From Leucoraja ocellata (taxonomy: Eukaryota): a DNA stretch of 64,000 nt. A model generated the notes under the pieces. It saw nothing but the letters and a program-made list of their open reading frames with translations. It did not search any database and was not told where the DNA came from. The position numbers were made by a program, and so were the translations under genes. Numbering within the stretch: position 1 is the first letter of the stretch; the number at the start of each line of letters is the position of its first letter. Location of the stretch: the NCBI GenBank assembly GCA_036785375.1, contig JAWMAR010000063.1, forward strand, positions 6,200,001-6,264,000, read 5' to 3'. Positions 10,377 to 22,500 of the stretch are shown piece after piece.

Positions 10377-10400
10377 AAAAGATCTTATTGCGGATCTTTG
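10377..10400. mobile_element. 24-bp P-element-like remnant or footprint
   Basis: AAAAGATC...GATCTTTG flanked by 8-bp TSD ACGCTGCC (10369-10376, 10401-10408). Confidence 0.6.
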
Positions 10401-10428
10401 ACGCTGCCCTGTCCCACTGCGCCGCCGC

Positions 10429-10438
10429 ATCACATGAC
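10429..10438. promoter_or_regulatory. M-box/CLEAR-like E-box upstream of PPT1-B
   Basis: ATCACATGAC (reverse GTCATGTGAT) just upstream of the ATG at 10447. Confidence 0.5.
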
Positions 10439-10446
10439 CCGGCAAG

Positions 10447-10567
10447 ATGGACGCGCAGGCAGCAGGGTTGTCGCTGCTGCTCCTCCACTTCACCTCCGCT
10501 TTGCAGACACAACCATGGACAGTCCAGAACAACACGCAGCTGCCCGTGGTCATATGGCACGGCATGG
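10447..10567 (+). CDS. PPT1: PPT1-B exon 1
   Basis: [40 protein letters not shown]; G|gtaaga. Confidence 0.92.
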
Positions 10568-13500
10568 GTAAGATAAACGAGGTCGCGGTCTAAATTGCGC
10601 CCAAATCGAATGTATTTAGCAAAGGCGCTCCCTGTCTCTGGGAAGGACACAGAGTGCTGGAGTATCTCAGCGGGTCAGGCAGCGCCTCTGGGGAACATTG
10701 AGAGGTGCTGGTCCTGGTCCGGACCCTTCTTCGGACTGTAGATACAGTCTACAGACTGTAGAACTGCAGATGTTGGTTTATATCACACAAGACACAAAGT
10801 GCTGGAGTAACTCAGTGGTTCAGGCAGCAACTTTGGAGATAAAGGACAGGCGACGTTTCGGGTCGAGATCCTTCAGACTCTTCTCCAGAAGAGTCCCGAT
10901 CGGAAACGCCACCTATCCATGTTCTCCAGAGATGCTGCCTGACCCACCGAGTTACTGAGCACTTTCTGTCCTTTGTGTATTAACCAGCTTCTGCAGTTAT
11001 TTGTGTCTGCATTCTCTGCGAGTTAAGTCTACCCGGAAACGAACCGTCTGTCTCTTTCGCTCTTTACTTCAATTCCATCTTATAACATCTTTTATCGCAA
11101 AAGTGTTTAAAACGTTGCGTTATATGCTCGATATATGCTTTAGAAACGTTCTAGATATCGGTCTATTATAACTGTTACAGCTATTTCGCTCAATGGGAGC
11201 ATTAAACCGTTTTCTGTGAGGCTGTTTTGTTCCTTTAAACTTCCGCCTTAGAGTCAGGCAAATCCTATTAGAGAGTAATCACGCGTGGTGACAACATACA
11301 AGGATAGCTTCAATGTAGGGACAAGGAAACTTAATCTAATTTTTTGCAGCATCCAAAATATTAATCTGCAAAACAATTGCTCCTTTTAAGTTTTTTGATT
11401 AAAAAAAAAAATGATGCTGCATGTGAACAAGTGAACATGCAAATAAGTTATAGGAGCAGAATTAGGCCATTTGGCCCATCAAGTCTATGCCACCATTCAA
11501 TCATGGCTAATCTTTCTTTCCCTCTCAACCCCATTCTCCTGCTTTCTCACTGTTACCCTTGACACCCTTACTAACCATACAGATATCTTTGGTAAAATGT
11601 AAGTATTCAGGGTTTTTTTGGGTTGCTGATTAAGGAAAAGGATGTGAGGAAAGAAATATCAACCATGTTTTTCCCTTATCCATGTATCTGTACGCTGTAA
11701 AAGGGTGGTGAAAGGAGAGGATGATGGCACCAAGGTTGATTTGAAGCATAAGCGAGTTTAGTGACTCAGTCAATCCTTCAATACGAATCGGGACAAAGAA
11801 TTCTTTCCAAACTGGCTCATGACATAACTTGATTCTCAAATCCAGGAATATACTATGTCTTGATAAAAAAAAAAAATAGAAATATGCTGGACTTGTAGTA
11901 TGGAAGGATATAATATTACAGCAAAACTGATCGTCTGCTCAGGGCTCTGATGCCAGGCTAGCACAATTGTCAATGTGCCTTGTTCCTTGTATTGATAATG
12001 CAAGACACTTAATTCACTAACAAAAAGCAAACTACTGGAAGAACTCAGTCTGTCAAGTAGCACCTATGGAACAGACAGTGTTTCAGGTCGGGTCTTGCAT
12101 TAGGACTAGGCAGAATTGGCTTGACCCAATCCTTGACGATCCCTTTGCTTCCACAGATGCTGCTTGACCTGCTGAGTTCTTCCTGCAGTTTTTTTTGTTT
12201 TTGCTCCAGACTTCAACATTTGCAATCGCTTACTCTTGCACAATTTTTTTTCCAGTTACTTCATAGTCAAATAGTAAAACTGGTGAATGAAAGGGAGTGT
12301 GGGGATCATGTCCTGTTGAGTGCGATGCTGAGTTATTGATATCTCTGAATAGTTGGATAGTTGATTATTGGAGTTTTGTTTTTATTTTATTTTTGACACT
12401 TGCATAACTAGTCAAACTGTTCCTTTGGAATATGCATGATGCTACTTGGACCAATTGATACACTTCAAACGATCAATCCTGCTTGAAGTGTCCATTCAAC
12501 ATTGTTAGAACAAAGAATATGTAATTGCAATAAACAGCATTGCTGCATTCAAGTGGAAGTGACAATAACACTAATGAGGAAGCTTGGAAATTGTTACGTT
12601 GATGCTGTAATATGGGAGGAAGTTTGTGAACTTTAGATAAACCATTTGGAATGGCTCGTTTCTGCAATTTTTAATGAAGACGTATGCAAAAGTAGCTCTG
12701 GTGATACTTCAGTACAGTCCTGAACTGTTTTGTACAAATTAACTAGGTGACAGCTGCTGCAATCCTCTCAGCATGGGATTCATCAAGAAACTGGTGGAAG
12801 AAAAAGTTCCCGGAACTTATGTTTTGTCTTTGGAAATTGGGAACGATATTACAGAGGTATGTTTGAATGAGAGAATGAATTGTAAATGTAGTCCAATTTC
12901 TTTGAAATTCTTTTAATGGTCATGATATTGGGATGGATCATTAAAGATCCAGAGACAAAATTAAATCTTCCCATAGTAACTAAATGGTTTAAGTTCCATT
13001 AAATATCTTGGAAAGATGTTTTTACAATAATATGACAGGTTGATTAATTTAATTCATGGTTCTTGTTTAATCTAATCTGAATGTGAATAATGCTAGAGCC
13101 ATTAGCATACTTCTGAACTCCTAGCAAGCCATACAAATCTAGGGCAACTTGGGAATGTCACTGAATACTTCAGTAAATAGATTCAAGAACAGTACATGGT
13201 GCCATAACTGGTGGCATACGACGTTGAAGGACGAGCAACAATTGAAGGCTGCAAATTAGAAGTGATGATCTAGTCCATTTCAGATGTTTGCAGTAGGGTC
13301 TCTGTTCCCAATTCCAGTCCAGCTATCCCAGTACAAACTTTTCAATAAGATATCTGTCCGCTTAGTTGAGATGGAGCTCAACTATGTTTCCTCATTTAAT
13401 AGTTCAATGCCCAGTCCCATTCAACTGTGCTTTAAACTGAAGTTCTTTAGTATGACCACGTAATTCAGATACTAGAGTATTCACTAAATTTTGCTCAAGA

Positions 13501-16500
13501 GTCTTTCTTGGAGTGAAATTTTAATATACCTGGTTTTAACTGGTCTTTACAAATATCTGTTACTTGAATTATACTAGATATCTGTTGGTCAGGGTTTGAT
13601 TGTGCGAGATTTAAGAGCAAAGTCTTGATTAATGGTAATACTGGACTGTGGAGTCCAGTATTAAAGGATATAGGTTTAAGGTGAGAATGGATAGATTTAA
13701 GAAAGCTGGTGGGTAATTGCTTCATGCAGAGTGTGGTGGATGTATGGAACAAGCTGCCTGAAGAATTGGTAGAGGCAGGTACAATGGTGATGTTTAAAAG
13801 ACATTTAACCAGGTACATGGATAGGCATGGTTTAGAGGGATATGGGCCAAAGCAAGCAAATGGGATAAGCTCAACTATAAAACCATGTCAGTGTGGATAT
13901 GTTGGGCTGACAGGCCGGTTTTCATGCTGTATGACATGATAATCTAAATGTGGATTATTCTTCTCTTCGGTTACAATATAATCCTTCATACAGATCTCTA
14001 ATTTTGACCTTTTTCTTCAAAAAGGACGTGGAAAACAGTTTCTTCATGAATGTAAATGACCAGGTAGAGCTGGTGTGCAATATATTATCCAAGGACAAGA
14101 TGCTGCAGAACGGATATAACGCAATGGGCTTCTCTCAAGGAGGTCAGTTTCTGTAAGTATCCTATCAGTTAAAAGTTTAAAAAGCAGCTGTTTGGTTTGT
14201 TATTTATTTCACTGAAGAATCTAATTTTGTATTTCTACCCATTACAGAAGGGCTGTGGCACAGAGATGCCCCTCTCCTGCCATGAAAAACCTCATCTCAT
14301 TTGGAGGCCAACATCAAGGTGATATTTAAGGGCCCTATTCATTGGCATATTTGTATGAAAAACGTATTAGAGTGAGAGGTTGCAAAATCCTATCATTATT
14401 ACATCTGTAGGGGATACTAGATCGGTAATTATAGAACCCTGGTTAGATTATTACTTAAAATTGTGCTACCATCTTTGCACCATTCTAATGTTTTGCATTC
14501 ATTGTTGTATTTATTTATTGTGATCATCATTATCATGTATACTATTTATTCTGAGCTTAATGTGAACAGGGAATTTCATTGCACCCTGGTGTAAATCAGT
14601 AGTAAACTAAGACAGTAGGGCGGCACGGTGGCGTAGTGGTAGAGCTACTGCCTTACAAAGCCAGAGACCCGGGTTTGATCCTGACTACCGGTGCTTGTCT
14701 ATGCGGAGTTAGTACATTCTCCCCGTGACCTGCGTCTGTTTCCTCCGAGATCTTCGGTTTCCTCCCATACTCCAAAGACGTGCAGGTTTGTAGGTTAATT
14801 GATGTGGTATAAATGTAAAATTGTCCATAGCGTGCGTAGGATAATGTTAGTGTGTGGGGATTAGTGGGCATAAAGGCCCTTTTCCGCGCTGTATCTCTAA
14901 ACTAAACTAATGTGAAATCTGAATTAGAATGCAGCTAGAATATTGTACATTGACCGAGTGTCCCCATCTACAGGAGGAGAGGATCTGCAGTTCTTGCTTT
15001 GGAGAAAGTGCAGTAAGCATTCACCAAATTGATTCCGAGAAGTGGGTTGAGGAAAGTTGCCCTTTAAGAGAGAATAAGTAGGCTTGGGCCTGTACAATCT
15101 TGAGTTAAAAAAAATTGGAGGTGGTTTCATTGGTACATAGAAAATTCTCAATAGGATAAATACAGGCATTTGTTTTCCCGTGGTTGTGGTGAATTGAAAC
15201 GGGGAATTGGTCACACAAAAAAGGGTCCTCCATTCAGGACTAAGATGAGAACATGTCTTTACCTGGCAGTAGTGAATCTTGGGGAATTCTATATCCATGA
15301 TTACTGTGTGGAGGTTTAGTTAACAAGCAGATTGTAGACAGATTAATATACTTTTATTGGATGTTAGAATTGATCAATGTGGTGTTACTTTGGAAAAGTG
15401 GTGCTGAGATAAAAGGTCAGTCTTGATCTTATCTGAACAATGCAACAGGGCTATATGGCCAACTCCTTGTTATTGATTTTGTTCCTACTGCAAATCCAAA
15501 TGTGTTCGGCCCCTAAACAGAATGCATCTGGCTCATCAAAAAGCTGACCCTCAGCATCCAAGAGGCAGCCAGTGTGTCAGATTGGCGTTGAGAGGCTGGT
15601 AGGGCTTGGAGATCTGCTGCAGAGACTCTGCCTCAACATGCTATTACAGTCTGTTGCAGGCAGACTCTGACTTCAGGTTTTAAATGCTGAAACTAAAATA
15701 ACTTTGCATTTTCCTTTCAAACGGTACTAATTCTGTTTCTCCTAATCTTTCTTCACAGGTGTCTATGGTTTACCTCACTGTCCTGGAGAAAGTTCCCATG
15801 TCTGCAATTGGATAAGAAAAATGCTGAACTGGGGTGCATATTCAAGTCCAATTCAAGAGCAGTAAGTAATAAGCAAAGAATGGGGCTAAGGGATTGAAGG
15901 CTGGAATATATTAGAAGTTTTGAATTTGAGGTGGTGAACTTTGACAACAGTTAAGAGGCCATTAAAGGCGCAGTGAAAGTAATTTAAGGACAGTGGAGGA
16001 ATGTGATGTTGTGATCCTTGGGTAACGGGTAAACATTCGTTGACTGGTTCGACTTTTATTTTTTAGAATTGCATGGGAATTGCACATAACATAGAAACAG
16101 AAGATAGGTGCAGGTGTAGGCCATTCGGCCCCTAAAGCCAGCACTGCCATTCAATATGATCATGGCTGATCATCCAAAATCAGTACCCCGTTCCGGTTTT
16201 TTCCCCATATCCCTTGATTCCCTTAGCCCGAAGAGCTAAATCTAACTCCCTTGAAAACATCCAGTGAAATGGCCTCCACTGCCTTCTGTGGCAGAGAATT
16301 CCACAGATTCACAACTCTCTGGGTGAAGCAGTTTTTCTTCATGTCAGTCCTTAATGGCCTACCCCTTATTCTTAAACTGTGACCCTGGTTCTGGACTCCC
16401 CCAACATCTGGAATATTTTTCCTGCCACTACCCTGTCCAATCCTTTAAGAATTTTATATTTTATGTTATAACATTCGTCAAATGTCATTACTCTAACATT

Positions 16501-19500
16501 TCAGATTTCATTATGAAACAAATCCATAGTCTATTTATTTACATTTCGATTTCTGCCCAGGTCCTCAGCCCCTGATTGTGACTGTTTGCAATGCATGAGC
16601 AAGTTTGATAAAGCAGAGAGGAGTAATTATTCAGATCAGCAAACATAGCTACACAACCTAGACCTGATTATTTTGAAAGTTATTTTCAGGCTACAATGAA
16701 ATTCTGCATGGAATTGTTTAATCCTCAGTTAGCAGCTTTCAATTTCCTGGTCCAACCAGTTCACCTTGCCATGGATGTCCAATCTAGCTACATCTCAGTC
16801 CCACAATAGGATGTCCTTGCAGCCACAATTGCTTCCTCAATGAAGGCTCAACCAGTAGCCCTTCGCCACCATCTTTATTTACCTGGCTGAGCTCATTCTT
16901 ACATTGAATAACTTCTCCTTTACCTCCACTCACTCTCCACATCAGAGGTAAAATGTAATCTGCATGGGTCTAAAGTAAGCCAGTATCTTTGTGGAGTTAT
17001 TTAAGTTAAGATGGAGCTCCTTCCTTCCTTAGCACACTGACCAGATTGTTGCTGCTTCCTGCACTCATGCGGAACTTAATTTAATTAGTTTTTCTGCCAA
17101 TTTCCTTTCTGCCCTTGTTTTTATGTGGTCCATATCTGACTCTTCCCATTTCTTGACTTCTTTATCTCGGGAATGAAGGTAGGCTAATAACAATAACACA
17201 GCAGGCCCATATACACCACAGCCATCTTGACTATAATTGGTTTCCCAAGTTTTTCCTATTTCATTGTTGTAATGAAGCCTTCTGCACCAGTGCCTTGGAT
17301 GGCTCCCCTTTTCTTTAACCATGGCTTACACTCTACAATAGTTGACAAGAACCAAGTCACTTTATTTCCCATGATACTTTCCCTGTCATCCCAGCAGAGC
17401 AATGAGGTGCAACTTATTTTAGCCTTCCACCCTTCCACCCCCGATGTTCAATAGATCAACCCCATTATTTCCGCCATCAGATGCAACTCCCCTCCAAGCA
17501 TTCCAAAGGGATTGATCACTCTGGTTCTAGCATCTTCATGAGCCATCTCCTTTTCGCAATACTTTTCCCGTACAACCTCTGGGAGGCAACACCCGCTCTT
17601 CACCTTGTCCCTTCCCAACACAGAAAAACCCAAAAAGTATTTTTTGGGGCGAAACAGCAATTACCAGCACTTATGCTTGTTATTGGTACTACAATATGGG
17701 CTTTTATCTTGGAGAAACCGTGCTGAATGAGTGGCTGTTTACAGCATATCTCTTCAATCTGCATCGACAACCAGAATTTCCAATTGCCTTTTTAAATCTT
17801 CATCGCACATCCACGTTAGCTCCCACACAGTTCCAATCAAGCCCACGAACAGCACATCACCCTCTATGAATGTTTGAGTTCTAGGCACTTGGATTGAATT
17901 TAGTTTTGGGTAAACAGCCATTCCTATTTGTGAGAAAGAACAACATATTTCTGGTGTGAAGTCACCACCTGTAAGAGTTCTGGCATATTGCTTTGTTCCA
18001 TTGATTGGCCTTGTCTCCCTCTGTTTGCACTCTACATAGCTACATAGATACATCGACAATAGGTACAGCAGTAGCCATTCAAGCCAGCACCACCATTCAA
18101 TGTGATCATGGCTGATCATCCACAATCAGTATCCCGTTCCTGCCTTCTCCCCAAATCCATTGATTCTGCTAGCCCTCAGAGCTCTATCTAACTCTCTTTT
18201 GAATGCATCCAGTGAATCGGCCTCCACTGCCTTCTGTGGCAGGGAATTCCACAAATTCAAATTCTCTGTGTGAAAAGGGTTTTTCCTCGTCTCAGTTCTA
18301 AATGGCCTACCCCTTATTCTTAAACTGTGGCCCCTGGCTCTGGACTCCCCCAACATCAGGAACATGTTTTCTGCATCTACCCTGTCCAATCCCTTAATAA
18401 TTTTATATGTTTCTATAAGATCCCCCTCATCCTTCTAAATTCCTGTGAATTCAAGCCCAGTTGCTCCATTCTTTCATCATATGATAGTCCTGCCAACCCG
18501 GGAATTAATCTTGTGAACCTACGCTGCACTCCCTCAATAGCAAGAATGTCCTTCTTCAAATTAGGAGATTAAAACTGCACACAATACTCCTGGTGTGGTT
18601 TCACCAGGGCCCTGTACAACTGCAGAAGGACCTCTTTGCTCCTATACTCAACTCTAGATAGATCAGCTATGGTTAACAAACATTCGTCATGCTCTGACAG
18701 CAGCAACAGTGCTTGTTGTCATCTGGATAATTTTAGCCTCCACCATCGCAAAAAATCCTTTTCTTACTCATTTCACAACCTCTTTTCTGCAACTTTATAA
18801 TATAATTCTCATTTTTCCAATTATATGAAAAATCATTGACCTGAAAGATTAACTGTTTCTCACCCCCATATATGCAGCCTGACCTGTTTGCGTATTTGCA
18901 TCAGTTGTTTATATTTAATATTTCTAACATCTGGATTTATCTTACTTGAAAGTCTGATTGTTTATTATTGCTTTCCTGACAGCTTGGTGCAGGCTGAATA
19001 CTGGCATGATCCCTTGAATGAAGAGCTCTACAGGAGCAAAAGTGTTTTCTTGGCAGACATCAATCAAGAAAGGGTAGGTATTATTGGAATAAATGTTACC
19101 AATTGTCTACCTCAACTGCGTTGTTAGGCATCTTAGACCATGAATTGTATTCAAGAAATGTTAGTAGAGATGTGGCATGTAACCTGTAGTGCTGCCACTA
19201 TGCACTGCTATATCAGTATTCCAGATAGCCAGTCTTCTCATTGAGTAATTTTGATCAGTTTTACTGCACTGCACTATATTCAATATCAAGTAGTGTCAAG
19301 ACTCGAGAATGTTTCAATTGTCATAGATCAATTAATTTCTTGCTGCAACTTGCAGGCATATTAGTTTAGTTTATTGTCACGTGTACTGAGGTACAGTGGA
19401 AAGCTTTAGTTGCATGCTAACCAGTCAGCGGACAGACAATATATGATTACAATCGAATCATCCACAGTGTACAGATGTATGATAAAGGGAATAACGTGAA

Positions 19501-22500
19501 TAACATTTAGTGCAAGATACAGCCAGCAAAGTCTGATCAAAGATTAAAATATTAAAATGCACCAGCATAAATATATACAATTATCAGGCATACTAGATAA
19601 ATCGGACCATTTTATTTATCCAAGCCAAAGTATGTAGTGCAATCTTAATAGTACAAAGCCCTTAGTATTTCAGTGCCTAGGGAGGGTTGTGCAGGGTGGT
19701 TAATATCTTGAAACTGGTTCAGAGCAGATTTACCAAAACCATAGCTGAAATGGGTGGAATGCCTTGTAGGTAAATATTGGACGAGTGGTATCAATGAATT
19801 AGAGTAAAAGGGATTGATTGAAACAAAGAATTCGAAAAATTTAGAGGGTGTGTTTCCTTATGTCACTCTTTAAAAATAAGAGTTCACCCATTCAAGTTGC
19901 AATTTGTTTTTCCCAAGGACATTATTTAGAACTGTAACCATAGAAAATAGGTGCAGGAGTAGGCCATTCGGCCATTCAATATGATCATGGCTGATCATCC
20001 AACTCAGTATCCTGTACCTGCCTTCTCTCCATACCCCCTGATCCCTTTAGCCACAAGGGCCACATCTAACTCCCTCTTAAATATAGCCAATGAACTGGCC
20101 TCAACTACCTTCTGTGGCACAGAGTTCCAGAGATTCACCACTTTGAGGCCTTTGAGGAAGAGACTGAGTTTTTAAGAAAGATTCTTGATAGGCCAGATGG
20201 AGAGTGGGCATAAATGCAAAATTGTGGTTATGTAGGTATGTTGCAAAACTTACCTTCAGCGGCGCTGTAATTCTGCCACTGACCGTGTGAGCGATATTGG
20301 CGTGTTTGGGGGGGGGGGGGTGGGGGGGGGGGGTGGTGGGGGGGGGGGGGGGTGGGGGGACCTGGTCCTGAATTATATTTGTTGGAGTGCAAGATTTTGT
20401 TAAAGAATCGTTCCTACGGCCGTTCTGTGTGTTTTAAAAAAAAATTCACCCGACAAGTTAATCGCTGGAACGATTTTAAGAGTAGCTTCTGAAGCCGTCA
20501 ACTGGGACGGATTTTATGGAGGACCAGGTAAAAGAAAGTAGTTTATTATTATGTATAAAAGTGTTTCTTAAGATGTATTTAATTCACATTTTAAGTTGCG
20601 AAATGGTGATATTCCTCCCCCCCCCGAAGAACCGGCAGTGTATCTGCTGCAGATATAGGGGTATAAATTCACCGCAACCTCAACGTTCTAAATGGTCCCG
20701 TTCAAGAAAATCCCACTCGCAAGCTGATTTAAATGGCCATTAATTTACAGGTATTAAACATTAAATTCCTTCCATTTGGCCTATAAACCCATGACAATGA
20801 GATTAAAAAAATTATGTTATATTCTGAATTCTTGTGTGAATGTCATTTGGACACTTAGGCCATTTAAAAATGTTAAATCTATTCTTAAGAAATGGATAGA
20901 TGTTTAGATCTAGTAATTGAATTTTGTAATTAGCTATAATTGGGTAACTAACTAATTATATGCTTTAATTTCAAGTCATCTAAGTAAAATTTATTTCAGT
21001 TCTCTTAAATTTTAAGAAAGTTATCGGCCTTTAAATGTTCTCGATCACAGCTTTTGTGTTAATGAAAAAGCATTAGGGAACAAGATGCCAATTTCCGAGT
21101 ATGAAAATGGCCATAACATTTTTAATACTGAAGATATGAAAGTGAATTAGGTGTCAAATTAAACTTATTTTTATGCTTTATCTGATGGGATAAATTAAAG
21201 ACTTGATTTTTAAAATCTCAAAATTTTGTAACATTGCTAGGTTATGGTCAGATTAGTCCTAATTTCAATAAATGACACATGAGAAAGAAGGACTGAATTT
21301 TTGATCCCAATTTGATTGCAGCAGTTAAGTTTCAAAGTGCACTGGCGTAGTGAGGAGCAAATTGCACTTGCATGCCTGTATCTGGGTTTAAAATGAACAA
21401 ATTGCAGCTGCATAGCTTTATCTGGGATTAAAAGAAAAACACACTATTACTATTTGTTGCAGGGCACCAATGGAAGCTACAAGGAGAATCTGATGAAGCT
21501 GAATAAGTTTGTGATGGTGAAATTTTTGAAAGATTCTATGGTTGTTCCAGTTGATTCAGAGGTGAGGATGGAGCCTTTTGACTTCTACTGGTAGTCACCA
21601 TTATAGTAAAAAATGTGGTTTTATCATATCATTCCCATGGGCAGTTTTTGTTTTTGAATGTTTTGTCATTTTTCCATAGCTGCTTTGAAACTAGCTGTGG
21701 GAAGTTTCCATATATGCAAAGATAGACCTTTTGCAATCTAAAGAAATTAAACTGGCCTTAGTCTTTTTCCCCCGTCCTTATCTCCACCCCCCCCCTTCTC
21801 CACAAAAAAACCCAATCTAATAGACTCAGACATTGGTCAGCTATTCATCTCATAAGCTCGGTATCTAACGTTTTCTCGATAACCAACCATTTTGTTTACT
21901 CTTTTCCTGCTACTCCAACAGTGAAAACCCACATATGTTCTCTTTATACCTTAATTGAGCCCATTTATTCAGCTGCTGCTTTCTACCTCCCATTAATCTC
22001 AAATGTTGCTTTTCCTAGTTTTTCCTACTTTTAGTTATTAACTTCCTGATCAGTAAGGATGTCAAAGTCTACGGGGAGAAGGCAGAAAAAAGGGGTTGAT
22101 GGAAAAATGATCACTCTCATCCATTCTCAGTAAACTGATCAATTTAATTTTGTCTTTCAAGTGATCGTAAATAGTTCTCTTCCCTAATGTAATGTCATTA
22201 TCTTAAGAAATCTTCCCCAGCACCGCCGACAATTTCCCCTTTCTCGTATCACGACTCTTTATCCATCTCTCTCATTGCCTCCTCTTTGAATTTCTCCAGA
22301 CTTTAGCATCGAAAGGCTCCAACAATTAAAAAAACTTTACAAAATTGTAAACATTCTGTTTAATGGGACATTTCCTCGCATTCATGGCATAATTGACATG
22401 CGTGCTTTGAGCTACTTTTCAGACTCCATCATCTCTCCCTCCACATCTTCCAGGTCTTTCTCAATCTCTTCTCCAAACATTTGGTTACACCTCCAATTGC

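Noticed and set aside
11574-11593. accatacagatatctttggt as another P-like footprint
   Set aside because: No flanking 8-bp duplication.
14618-14690. tRNA-like sequence with A/B boxes (also ~29500-29570 and ~33392-33460)
   Set aside because: These are SINE heads continuing into a V-domain and LINE-like tail, not tRNA genes.
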